Origin: an uncultured Flavobacterium sp.
GTDB taxonomy: Bacteria > Bacteroidota > Bacteroidia > Flavobacteriales > Flavobacteriaceae
NCBI GenBank assembly: GCA_947626185.1
Contig: CANQRD010000001.1
Coordinates: 31,071 to 95,070, forward strand
DNA length: 64,000 nt
Reading direction: 5' to 3'
Shown: in pieces, positions 38,117 through 47,575 of the stretch
How positions within the stretch are numbered: position 1 is the stretch's first letter
Layout of the letters: the number at the start of each line of letters is the position of its first letter
Notes under the pieces: model-generated
What the model saw: only the letters and a program-made list of their open reading frames with translations
Told to the model about the DNA's origin: nothing
Databases searched by the model: none
Made by a program: the position numbers and the translations under genes

Positions 38117-40930
38117 TTATCCTACAATATTGATAATTTTCCCTGGAACTATAATTACATTTTTAGGTTCTCTACCTTGTAATTGCGTTTTTGTACGCTC
38201 GTCATCCATTATAATAGTTTTTATTTCATCTGCGGTTAAACTTAATGGTAACTCAATTTTAAATCTCATCTTACCATTAAATGAAACTGGATACTCTTTT
38301 GCATCTTCTTGCAGATATTTTTCTTCAAATTGAGGAAAAGGCTGCACTGTTACTGTTTCGCTATGACCTAACATTTGCCAAAGTTCTTCAGCTATATGTG
38401 GAGCGTATGGAGCAATAATAATTGCTAATGGCTCTAAAATAGCACGGTGATGACATTTTTGTTGACCAAGTTCGTTTACACAAATCATAAATTGAGAAAC
38501 TGATGTATTGAAAGAAAAAGCTTCAATATCTTCTGTTACTTTTTTAATTGTTTTGTGTAATGTTTTGTACATTTCTTTTGTTGGCTCTTCATCAGTTACA
38601 ACAACACCATTATCATCAGCATATAATCTCCAAAGTTTCTTCAAGAAACCAAATACTCCAGAAATACCAGCTGTATTCCAAGGTTTAGCTTGCTCTAACG
38701 GACCTAAAAACATTTCGTACAAACGCAATGTATCTGCTCCGTATTCTTGACAAATTTCATCTGGATTTACAACATTGTAGTATGATTTAGACATTTTTTC
38801 TACTTCATGTCCTACAATGTATTTTCCATTTGCATTACAAATAAACTCTGCATTAGCATAATCAGGTCTCCAAGCTTTAAATCCTTCTGTATCTAACTCT
38901 GAAGCTGAGTTTACTAAACCAACATAAGTATATAATTGTTGAACTTTTTCATCTGCAATCATATCTTTAGAAATAAAAGTATTTGTTCCCTCAATACGAT
39001 AAACAAATGCCGAAGTTCCTAAAATCATTCCTTGATTAATCAATTTTTTGAAAGGTTCTTCCGTTGGTGCAACACCAATATCTTTTAAGAATTTATTCCA
39101 AAAACGGCTATATAATAAATGTCCTGTTGCGTGCTCGCTTCCTCCTATATATAAATCAACATTTTGCCAATAGTTTAAAGCTTCTTCAGATGCAATAGCA
39201 TTTTGATTTGTTGGATCCATATAACGCATCCAATACCAAGAAGAACCTGCCCAACCCGGCATAGTATTTAACTCTAATGGGAAAATTGTTTTTTCATCAA
39301 TAAGTTCATTTGCAACAACCTTATTATTGACTGTATCCCAAGCCCAAACATTTGCGTTTCCTAAAGGTGGCTGACCATCTTCTGTTGGCAAATATTTTTC
39401 TACCTCTGGCAATGTAATTGGTAAATAAGCAGCATCAATCATTTTTGGCAATCCGTTTACGTAATAAACAGGAAATGGTTCTCCCCAATAACGCTGACGA
39501 GAAAAAACTGCATCTCTTAATCGATAATTTGTTTTTCCTTTTCCTTGTCCAATTTCTTCAATAGCCGCAATAGCTTTTGCTGAAGCTTCTTTATACCCTA
39601 ATCCATTTAAGAATTCTGAGTTTTGTAAAACAAATCCTTCTTTTTCTGCAAATGCTTCCTCGCTAATATCTTTGTCAAAAATATTTTTGATTTCGATACC
39701 AAAGTGTTTTGCAAAAGCATAATCGCGTGTATCACCAGCAGGAACAGCCATTACAGCTCCAGTTCCGTAACCAGCCAAAACATAATCACCAATCCATATT
39801 TCTATTGGCTCTTTTGTAAAAGGATGTTCTGCATAAGCGCCTGTAAATACACCTGATATTTTTTTAACATCAGCCATACGATCTCTTTCACTTCTTTTTG
39901 AAGTAGCTTCAATGTACGCTTCTACTTCTGCACGTTGTGCATCTGTAGTTATTTTTCTAACCAAATCATGCTCCGGAGCCAACGTCATAAAACTAACACC
40001 GAAAATAGTATCAGGTCTTGTTGTAAATACTTCAATAGTATCATCACTGTCTTTTAATTTAAAAACAACTGATGCGCCAACTGATTTACCAATCCAGTTG
40101 CGTTGACTTTCTTTTAAGCTTTCTGTCCAATCAATTTCATCCAAACCTTGTAGCAAGCGTTCTGCATAGGCAGAAATTCGCATACTCCATTGTTTCATTT
40201 TTTTACGAACTACAGGATAACCTCCTCTTTCAGACAATCCATCTTTAATTTCGTCATTTGCTAAAACAGTTCCCAATGCAGGACACCAGTTCACTTCTGT
40301 TTCTGCCAAATAGGTTAATCTATATTGAAGTAAAATTCTTTCTTTTTCTTCTGTTGAAAAATTATTCCAATCTTCCGCTGAGAAAACTGTAATAGCATCA
40401 TCGCAAACTGCATGAACATTTGCATTTCCATCTTTTTCGAAAATAGAAATCAATGTATCAATATTTTCTGCTTTATCAGAATCTGTATTATACCAGGCAT
40501 TAAACAATTGAATAAAAATCCATTGTGTGTGCTTGTAGTAATCCGCGTTTGATGTACGAACTTCTCTAGACCAGTCAAAAGAAAATCCGATTTGATCCAA
40601 TTGTTGTCTATATCGTGCAATATTAGCTTCTGTAGTTACAGCAGGATGTTGTCCTGTTTGAATTGCATATTGCTCTGCCGGTAAACCAAAACTATCATAA
40701 CCTTGTGGATGCAATACGTTATAACCTTGATGTCTTTTATATCTTGCAAAAATATCTGATGCGATATATCCTAATGGATGCCCAACGTGTAATCCTGCTC
40801 CTGATGGATAAGGAAACATGTCTAGTACATAATACTTTGGCTTATCAAATGTATTATGTGTTTTATAGGTTTGGTTCTCTTTCCAATACTTTTGCCATTT
40901 GGCTTCAATTTCTATCGGATTATATCTCAT
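38117..40930 (-). CDS. leuS: Leucine--tRNA ligase
   Basis: 937 aa with the HIGH motif (PYPSGAGLHVGHPLGY) and KMSKS (VEKMSKS). Confidence 0.97.
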   Translation of the reverse strand: MRYNPIEIEAKWQKYWKENQTYKTHNTFDKPKYYVLDMFPYPSGAGLHVGHPLGYIASDIFARYKRHQGYNVLHPQGYDSFGLPAEQYAIQTGQHPAVTTEANIARYRQQLDQIGFSFDWSREVRTSNADYYKHTQWIFIQLFNAWYNTDSDKAENIDTLISIFEKDGNANVHAVCDDAITVFSAEDWNNFSTEEKERILLQYRLTYLAETEVNWCPALGTVLANDEIKDGLSERGGYPVVRKKMKQWSMRISAYAERLLQGLDEIDWTESLKESQRNWIGKSVGASVVFKLKDSDDTIEVFTTRPDTIFGVSFMTLAPEHDLVRKITTDAQRAEVEAYIEATSKRSERDRMADVKKISGVFTGAYAEHPFTKEPIEIWIGDYVLAGYGTGAVMAVPAGDTRDYAFAKHFGIEIKNIFDKDISEEAFAEKEGFVLQNSEFLNGLGYKEASAKAIAAIEEIGQGKGKTNYRLRDAVFSRQRYWGEPFPVYYVNGLPKMIDAAYLPITLPEVEKYLPTEDGQPPLGNANVWAWDTVNNKVVANELIDEKTIFPLELNTMPGWAGSSWYWMRYMDPTNQNAIASEEALNYWQNVDLYIGGSEHATGHLLYSRFWNKFLKDIGVAPTEEPFKKLINQGMILGTSAFVYRIEGTNTFISKDMIADEKVQQLYTYVGLVNSASELDTEGFKAWRPDYANAEFICNANGKYIVGHEVEKMSKSYYNVVNPDEICQEYGADTLRLYEMFLGPLEQAKPWNTAGISGVFGFLKKLWRLYADDNGVVVTDEEPTKEMYKTLHKTIKKVTEDIEAFSFNTSVSQFMICVNELGQQKCHHRAILEPLAIIIAPYAPHIAEELWQMLGHSETVTVQPFPQFEEKYLQEDAKEYPVSFNGKMRFKIELPLSLTADEIKTIIMDDERTKTQLQGREPKNVIIVPGKIINIVG

Positions 40931-40995
40931 TTTTACAATCTTTTATTTTTTAAATCTTTCTTTACTTCTCTTCAACTGCAGAATTGAACTTTATG

Positions 40996-41003
40996 CAAAA
41001 ATA
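40996..41003 (-). promoter_or_regulatory. Candidate -7 box (TATTTTTG on the minus strand) for leuS
   Basis: The plus strand reads caaaaata, 66 nt upstream of the leuS ATG. Confidence 0.25.
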
Positions 41004-41286
41004 AACTATATTTCTAACAATCTAAAAACTTTGATGCACTTCATGTAAACAATTCTATTACAGCTTCTCTATTTTAATCAACCACCTTGTAAATAAGTCA
41101 TCTACATTTTATTTAAAAGAATTATTTGCAAATTCACTAGATACCTATTTATCGCTTATTTTTAAGCTTAAAGGAACAAATAAGCAATAAAATGAAGTAT
41201 ATTTATTGCGGTTAGAAAAGTTTAATTACTATTAGTCTTTCTAAAACCTTTTTGTTTGCTATTTTTACACCTTCAAAAATTACAGT

Positions 41287-42168
41287 ATGGCATCTTCTTA
41301 TGAAAAATATCAAAAGCGAAGACTAATTTCTTCTTATTTTTCCGTAATAGTAAGTATTTTCTTAGTATTGTCTTTGTTGGGATTACTGAGTTTATTTGTA
41401 ATTAACTCAAAAAAAATCTCTAATAATTTTAGAGAAAGTATTCCTATGACAATATTTTTTAGCGACAAAGCATCACAGCAAGATTTAGAGAACTTTGGTG
41501 AAAAGCTTAAAAAATCTACTTTTACAAAAGACTATATTTTTGTTTCTAAAGAAGAAGCAGCAGAAAATCAAAAAGGAGATTTAGGCGAAGATTTTCTTGA
41601 GTTTTTAGGATACAATCCACTACAAAACTCTTTTGACATTTACTTAAACGGCGATTATGTAGTAGCTGATAGTATTGCAAAAATTGAAAAGGAATTAGAG
41701 CAAACAACAACTATTTCTAAAATAATGTACGACAAACAATTAGTAAACTTGGTAAATGAAAATATTATCAAAATTACCAATTGGGTACTTATTGCATCAG
41801 GTATATTGTGTATTATATCGATGTTGTTAATTAATAGCTCATTAAGATTACTTATTTTCTCAAGTCGTTTTACTATTAAAACAATGCAAATGGTTGGAGC
41901 GACAAAACGCTTCATTAGAAGACCATTTATTTGGCATAGTATCCGTTTAGGAATTATAGGTTCTGTATTAGCTATCGCTGCCGTTATTGCAATTACATTT
42001 TATGCAGATAATAAATTTCCTGATTTAGAACTTTCTCCAACAGAAAATTATCTACCATTAGTGATCGTTTCTGTAGGTATTTTCATGATTGGTATTATAA
42101 TTACTTCTATAAGCACCTATTTTGCAACACAACGATTCTTAAATTTAAAATCAGACGAACTATATTAG
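41287..42168 (+). CDS. ftsX: Cell division protein FtsX-like permease
   Basis: 293 aa with one TM, an extracytoplasmic domain and three C-terminal TM helices. Contains the FtsX motif KTMQMVGATKRFIRRPF. Confidence 0.85.
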   Translation: MASSYEKYQKRRLISSYFSVIVSIFLVLSLLGLLSLFVINSKKISNNFRESIPMTIFFSDKASQQDLENFGEKLKKSTFTKDYIFVSKEEAAENQKGDLGEDFLEFLGYNPLQNSFDIYLNGDYVVADSIAKIEKELEQTTTISKIMYDKQLVNLVNENIIKITNWVLIASGILCIISMLLINSSLRLLIFSSRFTIKTMQMVGATKRFIRRPFIWHSIRLGIIGSVLAIAAVIAITFYADNKFPDLELSPTENYLPLVIVSVGIFMIGIIITSISTYFATQRFLNLKSDELY

Positions 42169-42169
42169 T

Positions 42170-42406
42170 ATGAAAGAAAATAAAAATAACAACGGATTTG
42201 TTTTTACAAAGAAAAACTACATCCTATTAGGTATAAGCCTTGGTATCATTGCATTAAGTTTTTTATTAATGGGTGGTGCAACAAATGACGATCCCACACA
42301 ATTTAATGAAGCTATTTATAGTTTTAGAAGAATTCGTTTAGCTCCAATGGTATTTTTTATCGGTATTGGAGTAGCCGTTTATTCCATTTTTAAGAAAACG
42401 AACTAA
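42170..42406 (+). CDS. DUF3098 family small membrane protein
   Basis: 78 aa with two TM helices. It starts 1 nt after the ftsX stop (TAGTATG), the usual Bacteroidota context for DUF3098. Confidence 0.6.
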   Translation: MKENKNNNGFVFTKKNYILLGISLGIIALSFLLMGGATNDDPTQFNEAIYSFRRIRLAPMVFFIGIGVAVYSIFKKTN

Positions 42407-42428
42407 AACACAATACCTTTATTAATTT

Positions 42429-43238
42429 ATGGATTTAATTCAAGCCATCTTACTAGCAGTAGTAGAAGGATTAACAGAATATTTACCTGTTTCTTCTACA
42501 GCCCATATGATTTTTGTAAGCTCTTATTACAATATTGAACAGGACGATTTTGTAAAACTTTTTCAAACAGCTATTCAATTTGGAGCTATTTTGGCAGTTG
42601 TCGTATTATATTGGAAAAAGTTTTTTGACTTTAAACGTGTCTCTTTTTATAAAAAATTAATACTAGCAGTAATTCCTGCATTGGTATTTGGAAAATTATT
42701 AGACGAAAAAATTGATGCTGTATTAGGAAAAACAGTTTATATAGCCATTATGCTAATTATTGGAGGAATTGTTTTGCTATTTATAGACAAATTCTTCAAG
42801 AATCCAAAAACTACTAAAGAAGAGGACATATCTATTAAGCAAGCCGTTAGTATTGGTTTTTGGCAATGTTTAGCTATGATGCCAGGCACAAGCAGATCTG
42901 CTGCTTCTATTATTGGTGGTATGCAACAAGGTTTATCGAGAAAAGTAGCTGCAGAATTTTCTTTTTTCTTAGCTGTACCAACAATGGCAGCGGTAACCGT
43001 TTATTCTATTGTTTTAAAAAAATACGAATCTGGTAAAATGGGTTATGAACTCTTATTAGATAACCCTGACAACTTAAAATTATTTATTTTAGGTAATATT
43101 ATTGCCTTTTTTGTGGCAATAATTGCTATTAAATTCTTTATTGGAGTAATTAACAAATACGGTTTTAAACCCTGGGGGTATTACCGAATTATAGCAGGAG
43201 CTATATTGTTGTTTTACTTCGGATATTTAAAAAACTAA
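42429..43238 (+). CDS. uppP: Undecaprenyl-diphosphate phosphatase
   Basis: EGLTEYLPVSSTAHM and PGTSRSAASI, the BacA/UppP signature motifs. Confidence 0.95.
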   Translation: MDLIQAILLAVVEGLTEYLPVSSTAHMIFVSSYYNIEQDDFVKLFQTAIQFGAILAVVVLYWKKFFDFKRVSFYKKLILAVIPALVFGKLLDEKIDAVLGKTVYIAIMLIIGGIVLLFIDKFFKNPKTTKEEDISIKQAVSIGFWQCLAMMPGTSRSAASIIGGMQQGLSRKVAAEFSFFLAVPTMAAVTVYSIVLKKYESGKMGYELLLDNPDNLKLFILGNIIAFFVAIIAIKFFIGVINKYGFKPWGYYRIIAGAILLFYFGYLKN

Positions 43239-43240
43239 TC

Positions 43241-43945
43241 ATGCAATTTACAGCAGAAACTTTTCAAGAAGGGCAAGTTCTATTAATAGACAAACCATTA
43301 AACTGGTCTTCATTTCAGGCAGTTAACAAAATAAAATGGTTATTAAAAAAAGAGTACGGTTTAAAGAAAATTAAAGTCGGACATGCTGGAACTTTAGATC
43401 CTTTAGCCACAGGTTTATTGTTAATTTGCACAGGAAAAGCAACAAAAACAATAACAGACTTACAGGGTCAGGAAAAAGAATATACTGGTACTTTTTATGT
43501 TGGTGCCACTACTCCTTCTTATGACTTAGAAACCGAAATAGATCAGACTTTTCCAATAGAACATATTACCGAAGAAATGGTTGAGCAAACTAGAACTACT
43601 TTCTTAGGAGTAACTCAACAACGACCACCAATTTTTTCAGCATTAAAAAAAGACGGAAAACGCTTGTATGAACATGCTAGAAAAGGAGAAGAAGTAGAAA
43701 TTAGCATGCGACCAATTACTATTTCAGATTTTGAATTAACTAGAATTCAACTTCCTGAAATTGATTTTAAAGTAGCTTGTTCTAAAGGAACTTATATTCG
43801 TTCTTTAGCTTTTGATTTTGGTCAAAAATTGAATAGCGGATCTCATCTTACAAAATTGAGAAGAACAAAAATAGGCAACTACCATGTTGATGATGCTTTT
43901 AGCATAGAAGCTTTTGAAGAAGCCGTTTTAAACAGTAAAAAATAA
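43241..43945 (+). CDS. truB: tRNA pseudouridine(55) synthase
   Basis: KVGHAGTLDPLATGLL contains the catalytic Asp motif. Length 234 aa. Confidence 0.95.
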   Translation: MQFTAETFQEGQVLLIDKPLNWSSFQAVNKIKWLLKKEYGLKKIKVGHAGTLDPLATGLLLICTGKATKTITDLQGQEKEYTGTFYVGATTPSYDLETEIDQTFPIEHITEEMVEQTRTTFLGVTQQRPPIFSALKKDGKRLYEHARKGEEVEISMRPITISDFELTRIQLPEIDFKVACSKGTYIRSLAFDFGQKLNSGSHLTKLRRTKIGNYHVDDAFSIEAFEEAVLNSKK

Positions 43946-43994
43946 CATTAAAGGACTATTTACAAATTATGAATAGCCCTTCTTAATTTTCATT

Positions 43995-44621
43995 ATGAAG
44001 CTAATTATCTCTCTAACTTTTAGTTTATTTTTCATCTTCTTATCAGCACAAACAACAACTTTTAAAGAAGGTGATATTATTTTTCAAAATTTAAACTGTG
44101 GCCCTTTATGTGACGCCATTAATGAAGTAACGTTTGGTTATAATAACTTAAATTTTAACCATAACGGAATGGTTATCGAACATAATGATTCTTTACAAGT
44201 AATTGAAGCTACATGGCCAAGTGTTTGCATAACTCCGCTGGATGATTTTCTTAAAAAAACGGCTAATACTATGTATTTAGGACGTCTTTTACCTGAACAT
44301 GAAAAACTAATACCAGCTGCAAAAGAGTTTGCATTACAACAGATTGGCATTCCATACGATGTAAATTATTTGTATAATAACAACAAATATTATTGTTCGG
44401 AATTATTATACGATGCTTTTAAAGCAGCTAATAATAACGAAGAGTTTTTTAAACTTTACCCGATGACCTATCGCTCAAAAAATGATGGAGAATTTTTCTC
44501 TGTATGGATAGAATATTTTCAAAAATTAAATCAAGCAATTCCTGAAGGAGAATTAGGTTGTAATCCGGCGGGAATGTCTTTATCTGATAAAATTACTATT
44601 GTAGGTCCTATCCTACAATAG
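43995..44621 (+). CDS. YiiX-like permuted papain/NlpC-P60 family hydrolase (secreted)
   Basis: Signal peptide. The His segment NFNHNGMVI precedes the Cys segment KYYCSELLYDAF, which is the permuted order typical of the YiiX family. Confidence 0.6.
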   Translation: MKLIISLTFSLFFIFLSAQTTTFKEGDIIFQNLNCGPLCDAINEVTFGYNNLNFNHNGMVIEHNDSLQVIEATWPSVCITPLDDFLKKTANTMYLGRLLPEHEKLIPAAKEFALQQIGIPYDVNYLYNNNKYYCSELLYDAFKAANNNEEFFKLYPMTYRSKNDGEFFSVWIEYFQKLNQAIPEGELGCNPAGMSLSDKITIVGPILQ

Positions 44622-44634
44622 TAATTTCGTATTT

Positions 44635-45237
44635 TTATTTTTCTAGATTAAGCATAAGAGTAGCTACTTCTTGTTGCACCTGTTGCCCTTTGTTTTTTGT
44701 ATACCATTTGTTTAATAAAATAATTCCTTCTTCATCAAACTTTCCGTTTTCTTCCTTGTAATTATTCACTAAAGCAATTGCATCAGCAGGTCTTGGTCCC
44801 CAGTCCGCCACTACTTCTAAACTTTGTTTTTCAACAATTAATAATTTCGGAATAGCTCTTCCTCCATTAGTTAAATATTGATCCATTAGATCTAGATTCT
44901 GATCTCTAAATAAAATACGCAATTCTATCTTATCTGTTATTTCAGCCATTTTATTTAAAACAGTTACAGATTGCGCTGCATCGCCACACCAGCTTTCCGA
45001 AATAACAATCCAATAATAATCATTAGACAGATTTTCAATTACCAACGCTGTTTCAGACTCAATTGTTAACGTTTTATCTAAACGATTTAGGCGTGTTTCA
45101 TTCAATTTTGCATAAGGCAAATAGTTTTCACTGATTTGCAATTTATCAGGATTGTTTTCTAGTGCTTCAGTTACAAACGAACGAAATTCTGCATATGTTA
45201 AACTATTATCTAAGTCTTTTTGGGAAATTGTACTCAT
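44635..45237 (-). CDS. Thioredoxin-fold family protein (single-Cys WCGD motif)
   Basis: 200 aa. WIVISESWCGDAAQS sits at the usual WCxxC position of a thioredoxin fold. Confidence 0.65.
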   Translation of the reverse strand: MSTISQKDLDNSLTYAEFRSFVTEALENNPDKLQISENYLPYAKLNETRLNRLDKTLTIESETALVIENLSNDYYWIVISESWCGDAAQSVTVLNKMAEITDKIELRILFRDQNLDLMDQYLTNGGRAIPKLLIVEKQSLEVVADWGPRPADAIALVNNYKEENGKFDEEGIILLNKWYTKNKGQQVQQEVATLMLNLEK

Positions 45238-45263
45238 TTTCTTTAATTTTAAATACCAATAAT

Positions 45264-45271
45264 CAAAGTTA
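45264..45271 (-). promoter_or_regulatory. Candidate -7 box (TAACTTTG on the minus strand)
   Basis: The plus strand reads caaagtta, 27 nt upstream of ATG 45237. Confidence 0.3.
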
Positions 45272-45305
45272 CTATTTTCTTAATAATACATCTAACTTTA
45301 AAGTT

Positions 45306-46100
45306 ATGGAAAAATCAAAAATTGGTTTAACCTTGTCTGGAGGCGGCTATAAAGGTATTGCTCACGCTGGTGCTATTCGTTTTCTATTAGAAAAAGGTAT
45401 ACAACCAACCATTTTATCAGGTACAAGCGCTGGTTCAATAATATCATGTCTTTATGCCATTGGAATGAAACCTGAAGAAATGTTAGAGTTTTTTAAATCT
45501 ATCAATGTACTTAATTGGTCTTTCGTTACTTTTAAAAAAGCAGGAATTATCGATTCCAAAGCATTTGAAAAACATCTACAAACAATATTTGGAAATAAAA
45601 CATTAGCTAATTTACCAATAGAAATACGCATCAATTCTACAGACATTATTAATGGAAAAATTCATGTATTTGATATAAATACCAAAATTACAGATGCTTT
45701 ATTAGCTTCAAGTGCATTTCCAGGAGTTTTTTCACCACATACCATCAATAATACTATTTTTAGCGATGGTGGTATTTTGAACAATTTTGCTACTGACTTA
45801 ATTCGAAAAGATTGTAAGCTTTTAATTGGAAGTAACGTTTGCCCGATAGAAACAGTTGATGTAAAAGATATACAATCTATCAGATCATTAACCATGCGGG
45901 CATATTTTCTAATGACTGCAAGCCATAGTCTAACTCATGGTAATTTATGTGATTGGTTAATCGAAGACAATCAAATTAGAGAATATTCAACATTTGAAAG
46001 AAACAAACAACGAATGGACGAAATGTTTCAGCTAGGATATAATGCCGCAGCAAATAGCTTCAATAATCATAAGGATAAATTCTTAAAACCTATTTTTTAG
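45306..46100 (+). CDS. Patatin-like phospholipase
   Basis: Oxyanion motif GGGYKG, nucleophile GTSAGS (GxSxG), and catalytic Asp in SDGG. ATG 45306 is used; the upstream ORF extension overlaps the divergent gene. Confidence 0.85.
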   Translation: MEKSKIGLTLSGGGYKGIAHAGAIRFLLEKGIQPTILSGTSAGSIISCLYAIGMKPEEMLEFFKSINVLNWSFVTFKKAGIIDSKAFEKHLQTIFGNKTLANLPIEIRINSTDIINGKIHVFDINTKITDALLASSAFPGVFSPHTINNTIFSDGGILNNFATDLIRKDCKLLIGSNVCPIETVDVKDIQSIRSLTMRAYFLMTASHSLTHGNLCDWLIEDNQIREYSTFERNKQRMDEMFQLGYNAAANSFNNHKDKFLKPIF

Positions 46101-46114
46101 AAATTAATATTCGC

Positions 46115-46122
46115 TATATTTG
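46115..46122 (+). promoter_or_regulatory. Candidate -7 box (TATATTTG)
   Basis: Lies 25 nt upstream of the pyrH ATG at 46147. It overlaps the TTG at 46120 that the ORF track used as a start. Confidence 0.4.
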
Positions 46123-46146
46123 CGAAACTTTAAATATATCACACCA

Positions 46147-46866
46147 ATGAAATACAAAAGAATTCTACTAAAACTTAGTGGAGAAGCTTTAATGGGAGAA
46201 AATCAATATGGCATTGACCCAAAACGATTGGCTGAATATGCAGCCGAAATTAAAAAAGTACATGACTTAGGCGTTGAAATTGCTATTGTTATTGGTGGAG
46301 GAAATATTTTTAGAGGAGTTGCAGGAGCAAGTGTTGGAATGGACCGTGTGCAAGGAGATTATATGGGAATGCTAGCAACGGTAATCAATGGAATGGCACT
46401 ACAAGGTGCTTTAGAAGATATTGGTTTGCTTACACGCTTACAAACAGCTTTAAAAATTGAAGCTGTAGCCGAACCGTATATTAAAAGAAGGGCAGTTCGT
46501 CATTTAGAAAAAGGTAGAATTGTGATTTTTGGAGCAGGAACTGGTAATCCTTATTTTACAACAGATACTGCCGCAGTATTACGAGGTGTAGAAATTAACG
46601 CAGATGTTATCCTAAAAGGAACTCGCGTTGATGGCGTATATAATGCAGATCCAGAAAAAGATCCTACCGCAGTGAAATTCGAGAACATTACTTTTAGTGA
46701 TGTATTAACTAAAGGCTTAAATGTAATGGACACTACTGCTTTTACATTGAGTCAAGAAAACCACTTACCTATCGTAGTTTTTGACATGAATAAAGAAAAT
46801 AATTTATTAAAAGTTTGCCACGGTGAAGAATCGGTTGGTACAACTGTTTCGGTAAACATTAATTAA
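46147..46866 (+). CDS. pyrH: UMP kinase
   Basis: [12 protein letters not shown] and [10 protein letters not shown], the amino-acid kinase family PyrH motifs. Confidence 0.95.
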   Translation: MKYKRILLKLSGEALMGENQYGIDPKRLAEYAAEIKKVHDLGVEIAIVIGGGNIFRGVAGASVGMDRVQGDYMGMLATVINGMALQGALEDIGLLTRLQTALKIEAVAEPYIKRRAVRHLEKGRIVIFGAGTGNPYFTTDTAAVLRGVEINADVILKGTRVDGVYNADPEKDPTAVKFENITFSDVLTKGLNVMDTTAFTLSQENHLPIVVFDMNKENNLLKVCHGEESVGTTVSVNIN

Positions 46867-46876
46867 CACTACAATT

Positions 46877-47440
46877 ATGACAGAAGAAATAGATTTAATT
46901 ATTGCAGCTGCACAAGAAGCAATGGACAGTTCTATTGCTCACTTAGAAAAGTCTTTATTAAATATTCGTGCGGGTAAAGCATCTCCACAAATGCTAGGAG
47001 CTGTGTTTGTAGATTATTATGGATCTCAAACTCCTCTTTCTCAAGTAGCGAATATAAATGTTCCAGATGCACGTACACTAACTGTAACACCTTGGGAAAA
47101 AAACATGTTGCAACCAATTGAAAAAGCAATTATGATTGCCAATCTAGGTTTAAACCCTATGAACAATGGAGACAACATTATTATTAATATTCCTGCACTT
47201 ACTGAAGAAAGACGTAAAGACTTAGTAAAACAAGCTAAAGCTGAAGCAGAAGATGCGAAAATAGGTATCAGAAACGCTCGTAAAGATGCAAATAATGATA
47301 TCAAAAAAGAAGAAAAAAACGGTGTATCTGAAGATGTTTGTAAAGACGCAGAAGATCAAGTACAAAGACTGACTGATTCTTACGTAAAAAAAATTGAAGA
47401 AATTTTAGTTAAGAAAGAAGAAGAAATCTTAAAAATATAA
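46877..47440 (+). CDS. frr: Ribosome recycling factor
   Basis: 187 aa, IRAGKASPQMLG...PLSQVANI...PALTEERRKDLVK. Confidence 0.95.
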   Translation: MTEEIDLIIAAAQEAMDSSIAHLEKSLLNIRAGKASPQMLGAVFVDYYGSQTPLSQVANINVPDARTLTVTPWEKNMLQPIEKAIMIANLGLNPMNNGDNIIINIPALTEERRKDLVKQAKAEAEDAKIGIRNARKDANNDIKKEEKNGVSEDVCKDAEDQVQRLTDSYVKKIEEILVKKEEEILKI

Positions 47441-47442
47441 TG

Positions 47443-47468
47443 AAATCCGCATTTTGCGGATTTTTTTA
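47443..47468 (+). terminator. Intrinsic terminator after frr
   Basis: Stem aaatccgc (47443-47450) / gcggattt (47456-47463) with loop atttt, followed by a T-run. Confidence 0.8.
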
Positions 47469-47515
47469 TCCTTATATCAATTGTAATTATCTACGTAACA
47501 TCTTTAGTTTTTTTG

Positions 47516-47523
47516 TACATTTG
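47516..47523 (+). promoter_or_regulatory. Candidate -7 box (TACATTTG)
   Basis: Lies 53 nt upstream of the asnS ATG. Confidence 0.35.
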
Positions 47524-47575
47524 CAAGTATTTCAATTAAAAAACGATTTACCTGAGTAACAAAAATATATTCAAA

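Noticed and set aside
40931-41286. The largest non-coding gap (356 bp, leuS/ftsX divergent region), considered as a possible riboswitch, T-box, sRNA or small-ORF locus.
   Set aside because: I saw only an 8-bp AT-rich inverted repeat (gcttattt / aaataagc, about 41155-41185) and trivial ORFs of 4-8 codons. There is no recognisable structured-RNA signature, and T-boxes are not expected in Bacteroidota. It is most simply two divergent promoters. RNA-seq would be needed to say more.
45162-45305. N-terminal extension of the patatin ORF.
   Set aside because: It overlaps the divergent thioredoxin-like gene and its promoter region. The patatin GGGxxG motif follows shortly after ATG 45306.
46120-46146. 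TTG-initiated extension of pyrH.
   Set aside because: The TTG lies inside a consensus TATATTTG -7 box. ATG 46147 gives the canonical [14 protein letters not shown]-terminus.
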